From positions 1,960,190 to 2,024,189 of the forward strand of contig NW_018407390.1 of NCBI RefSeq assembly GCF_002113885.1: a stretch of DNA of 64,000 bases, read 5' to 3'. This document shows, in pieces, positions 23,908-37,459 of the stretch. Each line of letters starts with the position of its first letter. Positions within the stretch are counted from its first letter, which is position 1. The DNA is from Mizuhopecten yessoensis. Its lineage: Eukaryota. Both the position numbers and the translations under genes were made by a program. Under the pieces are notes generated by a model that saw nothing but the letters and a program-made list of their open reading frames with translations, had not been told where the DNA came from and made no database searches.

Positions 23908-24790
23908 TCACCCCTGCTGTTAGGGGAGCGGGAAAAGAATACACCTGCTGTTACCCACTGCATGCATCGTAGGAGGAGACTAGCGTGGGAGACCCCTACA
24001 GACTTACGGATTTGCTTTGGTGTCCTCTATTTCGGGACAAAAAAACGATCAAAATACATCTGCTGCACCCATTGCAATATTTGGAATCGTTATCTTTCTA
24101 TCTACTTCTAACTACCTTTTGTTTCTTAGTGCCTTGCTTGGCAACTAAAATATACCTAACTTATCATCGGTATACTGTACATGTATGTGTTTAAAAAACT
24201 GGTCAAAGTATTTCATATTTTTGGATCTTATGATATAAACTAGTCCAGGGGCCTAGTACACAGACAGATAGCCATACCCCCACAACCTGCAATGTGTATT
24301 GTAATACACATATATACTGATTGCGGGGTAAGAACGCAAACCTCTTGCATGTTCGATAAATAACGTTTTACATACGGTATCACGGAATGTGAATGTAATT
24401 TTATAGATGACAAAAGTATTCATGCTATAGATGTCAAAATGACACAGAATATCAGCTTCAAAAGTCGTATAGTATGATGTTAGATCATTTATATAGCACT
24501 TTATAATTGCATACTTTTCATTAAAAACTCCAGTCACTTGATATCCTAGCGCCTTGCTTAGCAACACCTCACTTTTGGCTTGAATGTTGAGCGTTTGCCC
24601 AGGTGAGGAAGGCAATGGGTTCTGTTCCCAGGCCGAGACATACAAAAGTATGTCAGTATAATGTGACCGGGCGGAATGTTGTGCTGGGTGCCTTCGGCAT
24701 TGTGTTTCAGTGAAATAGCACTATAAAGTCGGCATCAGATTCGTACTATCACAAGAAGGCAAGCACACCAATATACCCTGTCTCCCTGAT
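23908..24790 (+). mobile_element. Composite SINE (second subfamily): leader 23908-24145, head and central domain 24548-24790
   Basis: CCCCTGC..CACCTGC..CCCAC..CGTAGGAGGAGACTAG..GTGGG; CCTCACTTTTGGC..GGGTTCTGTTCCC; CAGTGAAATAGCACTATAAAGTCGGCATC. Confidence 0.7.
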
Positions 24791-27700
24791 ACTTTGGTAT
24801 TAAATCTAGCTATTTATAGTGTCGTCCCTTCTTAGCACGGCTGCTTTTTTATTAAATAATTCATTAAAGAAAATCAAAGTACAACTTAAAAATTGTAGCT
24901 ATAGTGATATAGTGTAACAATGATGAGAAAATAAGAAATTGGAAAGCATTGTATCTTTATGTATTGTATGAGAATATCAAAAGAAAAACTGAAACGTAAA
25001 AAGAAATATGAGAACACAAAACAGATGGATTTCTGGCAGTCGAGGCTGGTATTGGAAAAAAAGATAAGAGATCAAGAAATGGCGTAAAAACCTGTGTTTA
25101 AATAAAGACATAAACCAACCATTTCGAGAAGATCATATTGATCTAGCATTACAGCATTCTTTTGAGCTTTGATTATCCGTCTAGAGAACCCTCATTATAC
25201 ATAGAACGGACAGTATTACAGCTATGAAATACATCAAATAAGAAAAACACATTACAATATAAGTAAGCATCTATTGGTAAATAATTGCGGATACACTTGA
25301 GTGATCAACAACTCGATCTTGTTTTCAACTTACTTAACCGATATATATTCAGTTGTGTGACCGCACAACGCACCAAAAAAGGCGTGCGCACACCGTGCAT
25401 ACATCGTTCACACATCGTCCGCACATCGTCCACACATGGTGCGATTTAACAATCGTTCGCCTCGTTGTGCGCTTCTCTCCGCACAACTGTGCGATTGGAT
25501 ACAACATGTACATGTAGATCAATACAGAGTAAATGCCCTTTGTTGCACTTTGCCAAAATGTCGTGTGCGGAGCTTAGCTTTGCCAGCATTTAATCTAGGA
25601 TCATGAAACTTGCTGAGTATATCAGTCATACATGTACTAAGGCGATGTGCACTGTACCAAATTTAGGGCGACCAACCTCTTATTTACAGAGTTATTGCCT
25701 TTATAATTTTGTCCACATTTAAGATAGGATCATGAAATGAAATTTAAAAAAGGCCCGTGTTTGAATTCTCCCACAAAATTAACTACCATTCATTACATAT
25801 TCATAGACACACATAACTATCAGTGCTTAGAGCTGGCATATAGCAGAATACATTAATGATCAGTAAAATATGCCTTTATATTTCATAATTGAAGCATATG
25901 CTATGTGTCAGATACTTGTACAGATATATGTAACATGTGGAAACATTATTTTCTTCTTCCAAACTCCCCATTTTGACATATTTTTACCAATATGTGTCAT
26001 AAATCTAACCAAATGCAACATTCACAAATAGGAAAAGGCTCCGATAAAGTTGTTTGCAGGGGGCATTCATCAGTTCTACTTATACTCTTGTGTTTTATAA
26101 AGATTTAAAATAAAATCAAGATATAGTTTGGATGGAAAAATACCATCCTAACCAATTATTATATACAAATAAAACCAAACAAAGTCCCTCGACTAGCTTT
26201 TTGCAACCACTTCATGGGTATTGTCAAAATCAACGTGAATCAGTTTAAGTAAGGAAGACAATTTTTGTTTGGTAAGTTCACGAATAAATTACCTTACCCC
26301 GGAATCTTACTGCATTTGTATCTTTCTCCAAATTAGATCAAATTTTAGGGTTGTATTTCGTTTATTGAAATCATGCATTACTGATAAGATGAACTTTGAA
26401 TATCCCTCTGACTAAAAGTAGTAATTTAATGATAAAATATTTGAAAGGGAATAAGTATTTTGAGAAGTAAGTTAGTATCCTTTTTCAAACGCGCGCACAA
26501 CAGAAGAGAATTGCACTAGTTTTTTTCCTGATCGTCCTTCACTTGTTTTTAGACATAACTGTAGCAGAACAGGGACATGTGAATATCATTGACCCGGAAG
26601 CTCAGTAGGGTAGAGCGATCGTTTTATTCACGGGTCCAGGCGTCGAGAGACTAGCCCGATTTTATTTTCATTCTTAGCTACATAGTACTGAACCTTTTTT
26701 TTTGGTTGGGCTTGATTTTCATTTAATTTGCAAATATTGTGTTTTCATAAAAGAGAGCAGTGCGCAGAAGTGTTGACAGTTTTAGTTTCTGTGCGCCACT
26801 TATCAAAAGAAAAAGATTATTTCATGAAGATGCACCCAGTTTGATTTTCTTTTTCAAGAAACAAAAACAATTTCATAACCCTGAAAAGGTCCATGGAAAC
26901 ATCCACAAGGCATTGGTATAGTCGCGCCAGAATAAAACGTGTATAATGCATAGTTCCGGGTTTTATGGTAGTGAAAAGGGATCCTTAGTTTCAGAACGTT
27001 CTTAGAGGTTAGATTTGAGATAGCAGGGCCGGAGTTTGTTTGAATAATTCCAATTATTTCCTATAAATGTTGGTGATCTGCTGCTTTTGCATCCGTTATC
27101 AGCGTTGCAACATTTGTCAAGTAATCAAGTTTCAGTTATCAAACACGATATTTGAATGTCTATCACCATAAAATTATATGAACTTTTTCTTGGACCTTTT
27201 GTGACTTTGTTATTTTCAAATCATTTGACAGAAGACAGCATATGATGCATGGAAATTAAACTCCCCTGGAGGGTCTGGTATTTCTTTGAAGTTTATGGGA
27301 TTTTAAGTCTTTCTGTTTGTTTTGATGTCGTACTGGTTCCTGAAGTTGTTTTCTGGTGACTTCAAGACATTCTTTTCCGTTTCGCTCCTTGCCACATTCA
27401 GTGAAAACTGAACGATTAAATTTAAATGTTGCTGCTGATAAAATATGAAAATTGTCAATCGAACGTATGCTTGACATCTTGTTCATTTTTTTGTTCCTAA
27501 AAAATCAAAAAAAAAATAATCGGATATTATAAACCTGCATTCTGTCATTTACGCCACATAATTACTGGAGAAAACTCTATCAGACAAGACTCGAATACAA
27601 AGGTGTAAAAGCAAACGATGTACCCTTCGATTGACCAACACCCTCTTGGATTAGTAGTTAATATAAGGTTTTCAAGTTTAGTTGAAAACGTTCATGTTAT

Positions 27701-30259
27701 TCCGTGTAGTAAAATACCACAATGTTCTTGGTTATTTGATGATGATATACAAATGTAACATTATGTGCGTTTACTTTAGAATGCTGAACGTTGAATATCA
27801 CATCTTAAATCTATTAATAAATCCATGTAATTTGCAGGCTACTTACCCGTTTGACATTACATTTGAGCTGTTTTCCATCAGTATTGCCGCCACTGGAATG
27901 CATTGTCCTCTTTGAAAATACGACTCTGTAACTGTAAGCACAAAAACTAATTCAAGTGTATAATTTATGGCTAATAGAAATCAGGAATATGTCGTATGTT
28001 AATAAAAGTAACAGCTTTACAATTTGTTATTTAAGTCAATTTAAAGATACCATTGTTATTACATGTATGGATATGTATGCATTAAATGATATCGTGAATG
28101 TACAGTACAATTTAGGAATCATAACCCCTTTCAGTCTCTTTCAATTTGCGATAGTGACCTATTTGCAAATGAGGATCAGGTCATTTGTTGAATATTGGTT
28201 TCTGTCGTTGACTTTAAATAGTGTTTAAATTGAAATAAATAAAGCATTTTATTACTTTTCCATTATTGTAGATGTCACCGAATTTCGCGAACACAAAAGC
28301 GACAACATATTCCAAAAACAAGTGTCATTAAATGCAATAAAACATTTCCACTTAACATGGGCCAAACTTACGGAATAATTATCGCGTAAACCGATGTATA
28401 TAGATATCAATTAACAATTAAATGAAAGGTGACATATGTTGGTATACGAACATGTTTAGACTATTTACACCGTGGCACAGGTAATGTTGGGAATCATTCA
28501 TTATCTATCCAATAACATCTTGAGGTTCTCCTGCTTACAGCCAGCCTATCGTGACGACTGGCTTTTAAATAGTACACATGCATGGTATCAAACGCGATTC
28601 CGTTAATCCATTTGCTATTAAGTCATAATGAAATCACGACAACAAGGAACTGGTGATGATCGACATGAAGATACAGATAGTCAGCGACAATACGTCGGTG
28701 TCTTTCTCGAAACAACTAAATCGGTGAAATAGATTAAGAAACACAACAGTGAAGATATATGAATTGAAAAAACGCGCTAATTTCTTCATTATTTTTATTT
28801 CAGTTTTGATCATAGATTACCTTTTGTTATTTACTGAAACCATTGTAGTTTTACGTTGTTTGGACCAGTCAGGTTCTAGCTTTCTAGTGTTGCATGTATC
28901 AAACGGAGTCCATTTGACTTTATCTTCCTGCTGATAACTCCATACAGATGGGATACTCTTGTCTAGTTCAGGTATCGATTGAACTTCCGGTATACTGTTT
29001 GGAAGTACTGCTGGTTCTGGTATTGATCGAACTTCAGGCACACTGTCCTGAATTTCTGTTTACATTGCACAAAATGTATTTAACCAAATAAGTTTTCTTT
29101 GTAAAATGATGTAACATACTGGTAATATTGTTGAAAGCATGAAAAAATCTAGAGAAACATTTAGCTTTGCGCATGCGTAAGTAGGAGATACACAATGTGT
29201 CATTTGTATTTAGCACTTTCCGTTTCGAATTAATATATCTATCGTATTCCTTAAAAATAACTGTCGGATGGAATCAGCAATTACAATACTTCATTAAAAA
29301 TGTTTATTGTTCGAAATAAAATAACATAATGGGACAGGCAAGACAATAAAAGTCATCTCCAATCTCGTCCGACAATGGAAGATCCACTTATAAGGTTGAA
29401 ATATTAATTTATTAAAAAAAATCTAAATTTCTGAACCCGTTTAAATATGCAAAAACGTTTACCTTGTCGAAGAGGATAGTCGAATGCGTTTAGCTTCAGA
29501 AACTGGGTATTTGAGTCTCTGATGTAGGTAGAATAAGGCCTGAAATTAACTTTCTTGTATGGTTTAGAATGAGTGTCTGATGATAATGTCAGTGTGTTCC
29601 CCGGTTCAAATTTGTTGCCTTCATACCCTGATGCCTGTGCTTGTCTAAAAGAAATGGTAAATTGATATCAATGCAAAACAAATGAATTTTTACAAAATGA
29701 GTATTTTAATTTCCCTAATCATGTTCAATTTGTAAAAATGAAGTTGAAGTGTCTTATTGTAATTGTTCAATAATATGTTAAATACATTTTCCATTGAATT
29801 GAACAATACTTACTCCCCCGAAGTGTCCTGCAATGTGACTTCATCCCCGTATCTGTATTTCCAAATCTTTCTACTTGGCCAACGAACCTATAATACAGCG
29901 TATGAAATGAATTTCTTTAACATTTCTTGACTATACTGATTGACATTAAAACACCACACTAAGTTTAAAATGTCCTATTATATCAATGACTATTCAAATA
30001 CATATAATGAAAACCTTTTCGTAATATGTATTTACTTAAGTTAGCAGCTAACGAAACTGCCAAATGCTACAGTAAAGTGTCAGTTTGATGCAAATGTTGA
30101 TCACGAATTTTCGCAGTGTCCTAACAACATCAGCGGAATGAAGATAAACAGAAGTATTATCAGAATATATCCGTAATTGAATAGTCATTGATATAAATTC
30201 AGCCTCGTTAATGCCCGTATCCATTTTCGATCTCTTTGACTTCAAAGATAACATTTATG

Positions 30260-30910
30260 ATTTTAAGCTCACCTGGCCCAAAAGGCCAATTGAGTTTATA
30301 CCGTGGTGCGTCGTCCGTTGTCAATATTTTACATTAAACAACTTCTTAATAACCAAAAGGCCTAGGGTAATGGTATTTGGCCAGAAGCAAACTGGGATTA
30401 AGGGCTACACCGCCTGTTCAAATACATAACCTCCACCCATATTCAAGGTTACAGGGGTCAAATATGTTAAAAACTTTCAACATCTTCTGAATAACCAAAA
30501 TGCCCAGGATGATGATATTTGGCCAGTAGCATGCAGGGTTGACTGGCTAACAAGTTTGTTCAAATGAATGACCTTCACCTATATTCAAGGTCACAGGGGT
30601 CAAATGTGTCAAAAGCTTTAAAAACACTTCCGAATAACCAAAATGCCCAGGGTGATGATATTTGACCAGTAGGTTGCTGGGATGAAAGGCTACCATGTTT
30701 GTTCAAATGAATGACTTCGACTTATATTTAAGGTCAATGTGGGCAAATATGTTTAAATCTTTAAATGACTTATAAATAACCATGAGGCCCAGAATGCTGA
30801 TATTTGACCATTGTCATGCTTGGATGAAGGGCTACCATGTTTGTTGAAATGCACGACCTTGAACATTCAAGGTCACATGGGTCAAATATGTTAAAATTTA
30901 TAAATGACGT
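30260..30910 (+). mobile_element. Helentron/HINE-like element with internal ~150-bp tandem repeats (truncated by a SINE)
   Basis: TTTTAAGCTCACCTGG start, CGTCGTCCGT microsatellite, repeated TTCAAGGTCACAGGGGTCAAATATG units. Confidence 0.7.
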
Positions 30911-31385
30911 CCCTCCAGGTCGTGCGTAAGAATTATACATGTTGCCCCCATCGCATAATCATTAGAGGCGACTAAATTTTTGATCCTATCTTTTCTCTTC
31001 TTTCTAATCAACTGTCTTCTTCCTAATGTCTCCCTTGACAATGTCTCACTTTTGGCGTTGGGCGTTCACCCCTATAAGGAAGGCTTTGGGTTCAGTCCCC
31101 TGGCTGAGACATACCAGAGTCTGTAAAAATGACAGTTTCTACTCCTACTTAAGACTCAGCAATTTAGAAGTGGGACGACTGGTTCGCCCGTTGTCAGTTT
31201 AATGTGAACTGGTGGGGTGTCCTGCTGGGCGTCGTTGGCAGTATGTTTCAGTGAGGTAGCACTATAAAGTCGGTATCAGTTCCGCACTATCTCAAGGAGA
31301 CAAACACAAACATATCGCAGCCTTCCAAAAACACACAGGGGAGGTCGTCCTTAAATAACCATAGCTGTTGATGGTACGTTAAACA
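30911..31385 (+). mobile_element. Composite SINE, near full length
   Basis: Leader, head, central domain and tail are colinear with 34852-35386. Confidence 0.88.
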
Positions 31386-31509
31386 ATACTGAATATTACC
31401 GTAACCATGCCTTTCCTTGTACACAAACACACAACGCCACATAATCCCTGACCTCCGTCATCATCACCATGAGTCCAGCCAGGGCCTGCAATTTAATTAT
31501 CAAAAAATA

Positions 31510-32430
31510 CAGCATCTGGCATCAAAGTAAAGAAAAACAAGAACATTTTTTACAGCTGAAGCTACTGCCGTTGGTCTGGCTTTGGATGAAATTGAAAAAA
31601 ATATAATTAACAAAGAAATACTTTGTTCTGACTCTTTGTCACTATTACAATGTATTAGAAATCAGAATTTGAACAATATTCTCATACAAAACATCGCTCT
31701 TGGTACTAGCAGAATTTTATTGTTTTGCCATCTGATCTTGATTTGAATACCAGGTCATGTCGGAATAAACGGAAATGAGGCGGTAGATAAAGCTGCTAAA
31801 GCAGCCCTTAACCTACCGCCGAAAGATATTAAACTGCCTTTTTCTGATTTAAACCTTCTATAACACATTTTATTAAAACGAATTGGCAAAGTAAATGGTC
31901 TGAAGAATTAAACAGCAAGTTATTTGCAATTCAACCTGATGTGGGTTTATGTGTAACAAGTAAAGCAGACCGCAGAGAGGAAAGTGTCCTATCGCGACTG
32001 CGCATAGTCCATACCTACATCACACATGGTTACATTTTGCGTAAGGAAGAACAGCCTTATTGTCATGCATGCGATCAACCGTTAACAGTCAGACACTTAA
32101 TGATTAAATGCTCTGAAATGGGCTGATTTCAAACAAATACGTGACAGATTGTATGATGTACCGTCTATGAAAAGATTATTCGATACAGTTTCTGGTTTCT
32201 GTGCAATTACTATATGACTATTTACACTTTATTGACCTTTACAATAAAATATGATATATTGTACAGCCAATTTGTTCTATATTGATGTATTTTTTGTAAT
32301 CCTTAACAAATTTCTTAAGCTATTAAGTTTTGGTTTGATGTGTATATTTTCGTGAATGTCTCTTTTTACAGTATTGTTGGCCCTAATTAACTTATATTGT
32401 CGATGGGCCGTTAAACAATACACACAAAAA
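31510..32430 (+). mobile_element. Old 5'-truncated I/Nimb LINE (RNase H to 3' tail)
   Basis: CSDSLS, IPGHVGINGNEAVD, RREESVLSRLR, CHACDQPLTVRH; tail GGCCCTAATT..GATGGGCCGTTAAAC; contains stops. Confidence 0.88.
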
Positions 32431-32660
32431 TATCAACGAACTTAAAATAAAATCCACATCTAAATACAACCATATGAACGTCAAAAGGCAACACACCATA
32501 AACGTCTAGAAAAATCAACTCAATATGCTCCAGAAGGTTACGCATTATGATCTTATTAATTCAGATAACGGATACTAAATATGTAATATACAGTCGTATT
32601 CTTGATTGACCATGATATGCTGCATACCATTATCAAAATATTTTTTGCGAAGACGTTTCA

Positions 32661-33715
32661 TTTTTAGCTCACCATGGTGAACTTATGTCATATCGCAGCG
32701 TCCGTCCGTCAACTTTTCCTTTAAAACGCTACTAGTCTAAAACGGCCAGGTAGATTTTGACTAAATTTGGTCTCAAGCATCCTTAGGCTAAGTGGACTCA
32801 ATTTTGTATAAATGTGGCACCCCTGGGGGCAGAGGGCGGAGCCAAATAATTGAAATATGGGAAACACCTTTAAAATTCTTCTAACGTAGGGATTATGGGA
32901 TTTTATCCTAATTAAGTCTGGAGCATCATCGGGCCAAGGGTATTCAATTTTGAATAAATGGTGGGTGTGGCCACCTTGGGGGCAGAGAGGCGGGGCCGAA
33001 TAGTGGAAACAGAGATAAAACCTTTAAAATTCTTCTACCGTAGGGATTACAGTATGTTATCCTAAATAAGTCTGGAAAAACCTTTGGCAAAGGGGACACA
33101 AATTTGTATAAATGGTGGGTGTCCTCAGGGCCCAATAATTGAAATAGATGTAAAACCTTTAAACTCCTTCTCCTGCCATAGGGATAAAGGGACTTTATCC
33201 AAATTCGGTCTAGAGCATCCTTGCGCAAAAGGGAATTTGAATTTGAACAGTAACATCCAACTGTATGTGGGAAGGGAAATCAATTTTGTATAAATGGTGA
33301 GTCTGACCCCCCTTTGGCCTTAAGGGTGGGGCCATTAAATTCTTTAAAAAAAATCTCCTTCTGTAGGAATGACAGGATTTTGTTCATATTTGGACTAAAT
33401 CATCCTTTAGTGAAGGGAACTAAATTTTGTATCAACATTGGGTCTGACCCCCTGTGGCAGAGGGCGGGCCCAATAGGGGAAACATAGCAAATTCTTCAAA
33501 ATACAGAAGAAGAAATTTGGGACGAAGCACCCTTGGGTGAAAGGGAACCAATTTTGTATAAACTGTGGGTTTTAACCCCCTAGGGCAGAGAGGCGGAGCC
33601 ATATAGGGAAAATGGAAAAATAACTTTAAATTCCTTCTTCTTTTGTAGGAGTGACAGGATTATGTCCATATAAGGGAAACTAATTTTGTATCAACGATGG
33701 GTCTGACCCCCCTGG
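32661..33715 (+). mobile_element. Helentron/HINE-like element with ~140-bp tandem repeats
   Basis: TTTTAGCTCACC start, GTCC microsatellite, repeated AATTTTGTATAAA..GGGGCGGGGCC units; same family as 52077-54752. Confidence 0.78.
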
Positions 33716-34380
33716 CTATTTCATCTTCAAATTTGCGATCATTTCCAGAGTACCTCTTATAATCTTGCAGCCGACTTGTGCCGATCCATCATCCCTAACT
33801 ACACGTTCGTCATTGTCTGTGGAGAGTACTTGGCAAGGATCGTAACAGTGGTATAGTAAGGGGACTATACCACAGTCCCACAGCACAGATACAGTACCTA
33901 TAATGATAGTGCGTATGAGTGCAGGGCTATACACGTTTAAACGCCTAATGATCTCGTTTATAAAGTAAAATATTATATCAATAGATTAAGAATCAATCAG
34001 CATTTCTACAGGATTTGTTTAGTAGACATTTAAAGTGTTAAGATTGCAGTCTGAATATATATAAATTACATTACATACAAAGTATATAAATACTTACCAA
34101 CTTAACGCTACTACATGTTAATTATGCCGATTCCTATTGCACATTATTACGTTTCATCTATATAGGAGGTATATTTGTAGTCTGTTATGAATAAATTCCC
34201 CTAAATATATATAATATCTAGTATTGTTGTACATAATTCATTAATTCATTATTGTATATCTAGATTATAAACAACATGAATATTTAGTAATTGTACATCA
34301 ATTTTGTCCGATATATAAATAATTATTGTTCATTTTGTCTGATTCATAGACAAGATACATGCTTAGTGTTTTTTACATGT

Positions 34381-35408
34381 CCCTGCAGGTAGCTTAAGAA
34401 CATGCTGCCCCAATTGCGTGATCTTTAGAGGCGACCTAATTTTGGGATCTTATCTTTTCTCCTCTTTCTAAACAACTTTCTTCTTCCTAATGTCTCTATT
34501 GACAATGCCTCACGTTTGGTCTTTAAATGAGCGTTCGCCCATGTGAGGAATGCTTTGAGTTTTGTCCCCTGGTCGAGACATACCAGAGTCTGTAATAATG
34601 GTAGTTTATACTCTTACGCTCAGCAATTTAGGAGCGGGACGACTGGTTCGCCCGTTGTCAGTATAATGTGACCAAAACCCAAGCCATCCTCACAGGGGCT
34701 AACGCTCAACTAAATACCAAAAGTGAGGCATTGTCAAGGAATACATTAGGAAGAAGAAAATTAAATTGTTCAGAAAAAAGAGAAAAGATAAGATCCCAAA
34801 TTTTGTCGCCTCTTACGATCATGCAATTGGGGCTGCAGATTCAATCCTTGGCCCTGCAGGTAGGGCGTAAGAACTGTACCTGCTGCCCCCAATTGCATGA
34901 ACGTAAGAGGCGACTAAATTTGGGACCTTATCTCTTCTCTCCTTTCTAAATACCTTTTTTTCCGTAATGTCTCCCTTGGCAATGCCTCACTTTTGGCCAT
35001 TTGTTGAGCGTTCGCCCCTGTGAGGAAGGCTTTTGGTTCTGTCCCCTGGCCGAGAAATACCCAAGTCTTTAAAAATGGTAGTTTCTACTCCTGCTTAATG
35101 CTCAGCAAATTAGGAGTGGGACGACTGGTTCGCCCGTTGTCAGTATAATGTGACCGGATGGGGCGTCCTGCTGGGTGTCTTCGGCAGTATGTTTCAGTGA
35201 GGTAGCACTATAAAGTCGGCATCATTTCCGCGCTATCACAAGGAGACAAAAACGAACATATCGCAGCCTCCCAAAATACACACACATACACTACACGCAT
35301 GCATCTTGCACTCAGGGGATGCCGTCCTTAAATGACCTTGGCTGTTAATAGGACGTTAAACAAAATCAAACAAACAAACAAACAAATCTTACGACCTACC
35401 TGCAAGGA
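34381..35408. mobile_element. Three nested or adjacent composite SINE copies (full-length copy 34852-35386 on +)
   Basis: Plus copy 34381-34672; minus copy 34673-35408 interrupted by the plus full-length copy, which ends in (CAAA)n. Confidence 0.9.
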
Positions 35409-36557
35409 CCGGTTTAGCTAGGAGCAAAACAGGTGGAAGTTTAAATTTTTTGATGAAGCCGAAGGGCAGATGCGTAAAATCTCTTTATTATTTCGATATA
35501 AAACATTAGAAAAATACAATTTGGCTTAACTAGATACATAGGAAGATTTCCGTAAATTATACGCCAGGAGAATACGGGGGATAATTATGTATGACTGTCC
35601 GTCTCTCACACTTTAGTTTCTGTGCAATTACTGCTCCGAAATTTTCAGATTTCAATCAAATTTGATGCGTACATGTAGACGTATATTCGTATTACTGGCT
35701 TGGGTTGATCCCCAATACGACTTTATCAAATACGCATTATCAATGGGAATACTCGGTTCTGTTCGGGGTTTTTTCGTGAAATAACTGCCCTGATTAAATT
35801 TCAATCAAATAAGGCATGTAAATACATAAAGGCATGCTTCAAGCAAAGTTTGACTTCTTATGTTATTTTGAATGTAGATCTATATTCTGATATGCACAAC
35901 CTACTAATCTTAAAATATATCAAAGCTACACAATAAATTGAAAGCAGGCGAACTTGCTTGTTTCGTGTGATAAATAGACATAGATATATGTAGTGCAATT
36001 TTGTATTAAATGGTCTGTTTCATTTATGAGCTAGATACCTAGGCAGTGATATTCTTTAGAAATCTTCTGTTCGTGATAAATTTAAAATACGGTTTGAGTT
36101 TTCAAATTGAATAATGATTTTGCTCATACGAACAGATGGCAGTAAAATTGTACAAACAAAATATCGAATGATAAAGGAATCTCAACAAAATCCACCGTTT
36201 TTGTTGTGGCACACTACTGTGCCAGGACCATCAGAGTCTTGGTTATCGTTTTGATTCCAATCCGGACCACGTCGTACTCGCGTTCCAACAGGGAGCAGCG
36301 GTAAATTGAGTTCCTGGACCAAATACTCGTTTGGTTCCATGACTTTTGTTATTGACAGCTTAGAAATATTTATGGCAAGTGCGATAACGGATTCCTGAAA
36401 CAGATATAAAAGGGGATATAGCATGTTAAGGTTATAGCCATTCAAGCGTAATGACGATATCCAGTTGGTAAAATGAGTCACGGTAAAGATTTCTCAAAGT
36501 AAGTAACCTTTATTCGTTTTGGTCCGAGTCTGTGTAACTGAACTATATTAATGTAAA

Positions 36558-37070
36558 GGCCTGTCACACACTACCGATGTACCTCGCCGGGATTAAACCG
36601 GAACAAACAATTAACAACGGCGAGAAAGCACATAACAAACCAAAATTGACAGTAGCAATACCAATATAATACCGGCGTTCCCGTTGTGATACCGTTGTTC
36701 TACCGATGTAAGAGCCGATGTGCTACTAAATACCACCTTTCTGTCACCTCAGTGTAACCAAGGCTCCGCCGTTGTTCTAACGTATGCCACCGTTGACTGG
36801 AGCACGGTATTACATCGTTGGTACATCGGCGGCGCATCATAACTGCTTTGGTGTTATTCGGAAGTACTACGGTATCACATCGGTACCAGTACGGTACACA
36901 TTGAGGCCACCGGAGAGCCGCCGATCCATTACGGGGCGCTACCGGTGTTCTATCGACATCAACGAAGCCATACCGGAGTACTTCCGATGTACTGCCGCTG
37001 TAGTCCCGTCGCACGCTCAGGCAGCGCAACGGCGGAATTTTTTAAGAATGTTCAACATTTTCTACCGACT
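36558..37070. mobile_element. Probable non-autonomous DNA transposon fragment
   Basis: GC-rich block with repeated ACCG/CGGT motifs, starting GGCCTGTCACAC, inside an AT-rich intron; termini not matched. Confidence 0.35.
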
Positions 37071-37459
37071 TATCAGTTACAACATATATACTGTACATTA
37101 TCATATGTTTACTAATAATAACACCCTTTTTGTATGTGTTATAAGTCTACAAATTTCCACAAGTTGATATCAGCCCGGTTGATATCAACCCCCCCCCCCC
37201 CTTTGAGTGATATCACACCCCTCCTCAATTTCCGGATTTTGCCGTTTCCGCTTATTGCTGTCAGCTTTTAATGTAAATAAACGAAGTGTTTGCATGGAAT
37301 CAATGCCGTTTCATGGAAAAAAAATAAAGATTGATTTACAAAGCCCCACCTAAATTTCCGGATGGCGACGCTTCCGGATTTGGCTTTGCTTATTAGTATT
37401 ACACCTGTCGTCTGCGTAAACAAAAAACAACGATTGCGACTAGTACTGGCGAGGAGATT

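Noticed and set aside
26590-26660. tRNA-like A-box (AGCTCAGTAGGGTAGAGCG)
   Set aside because: No B-box or cloverleaf; too degenerate to call.
26750-27486. Possible extra 3' exon or decayed coding sequence after the WWE exon (a GTAAGT donor exists near 27845)
   Set aside because: Multiple stops in the longer frames and no recognisable motif; cannot be supported.
34852-34925. HDV-like fold for the SINE leader (because of the CTAA motif)
   Set aside because: No P3/L3/P1.1 arrangement could be built; kept only as an unclassified motif.
36700-37167. Overlapping 109-aa and 127-aa ORFs
   Set aside because: GC-rich repeat-derived sequence with no protein motifs.
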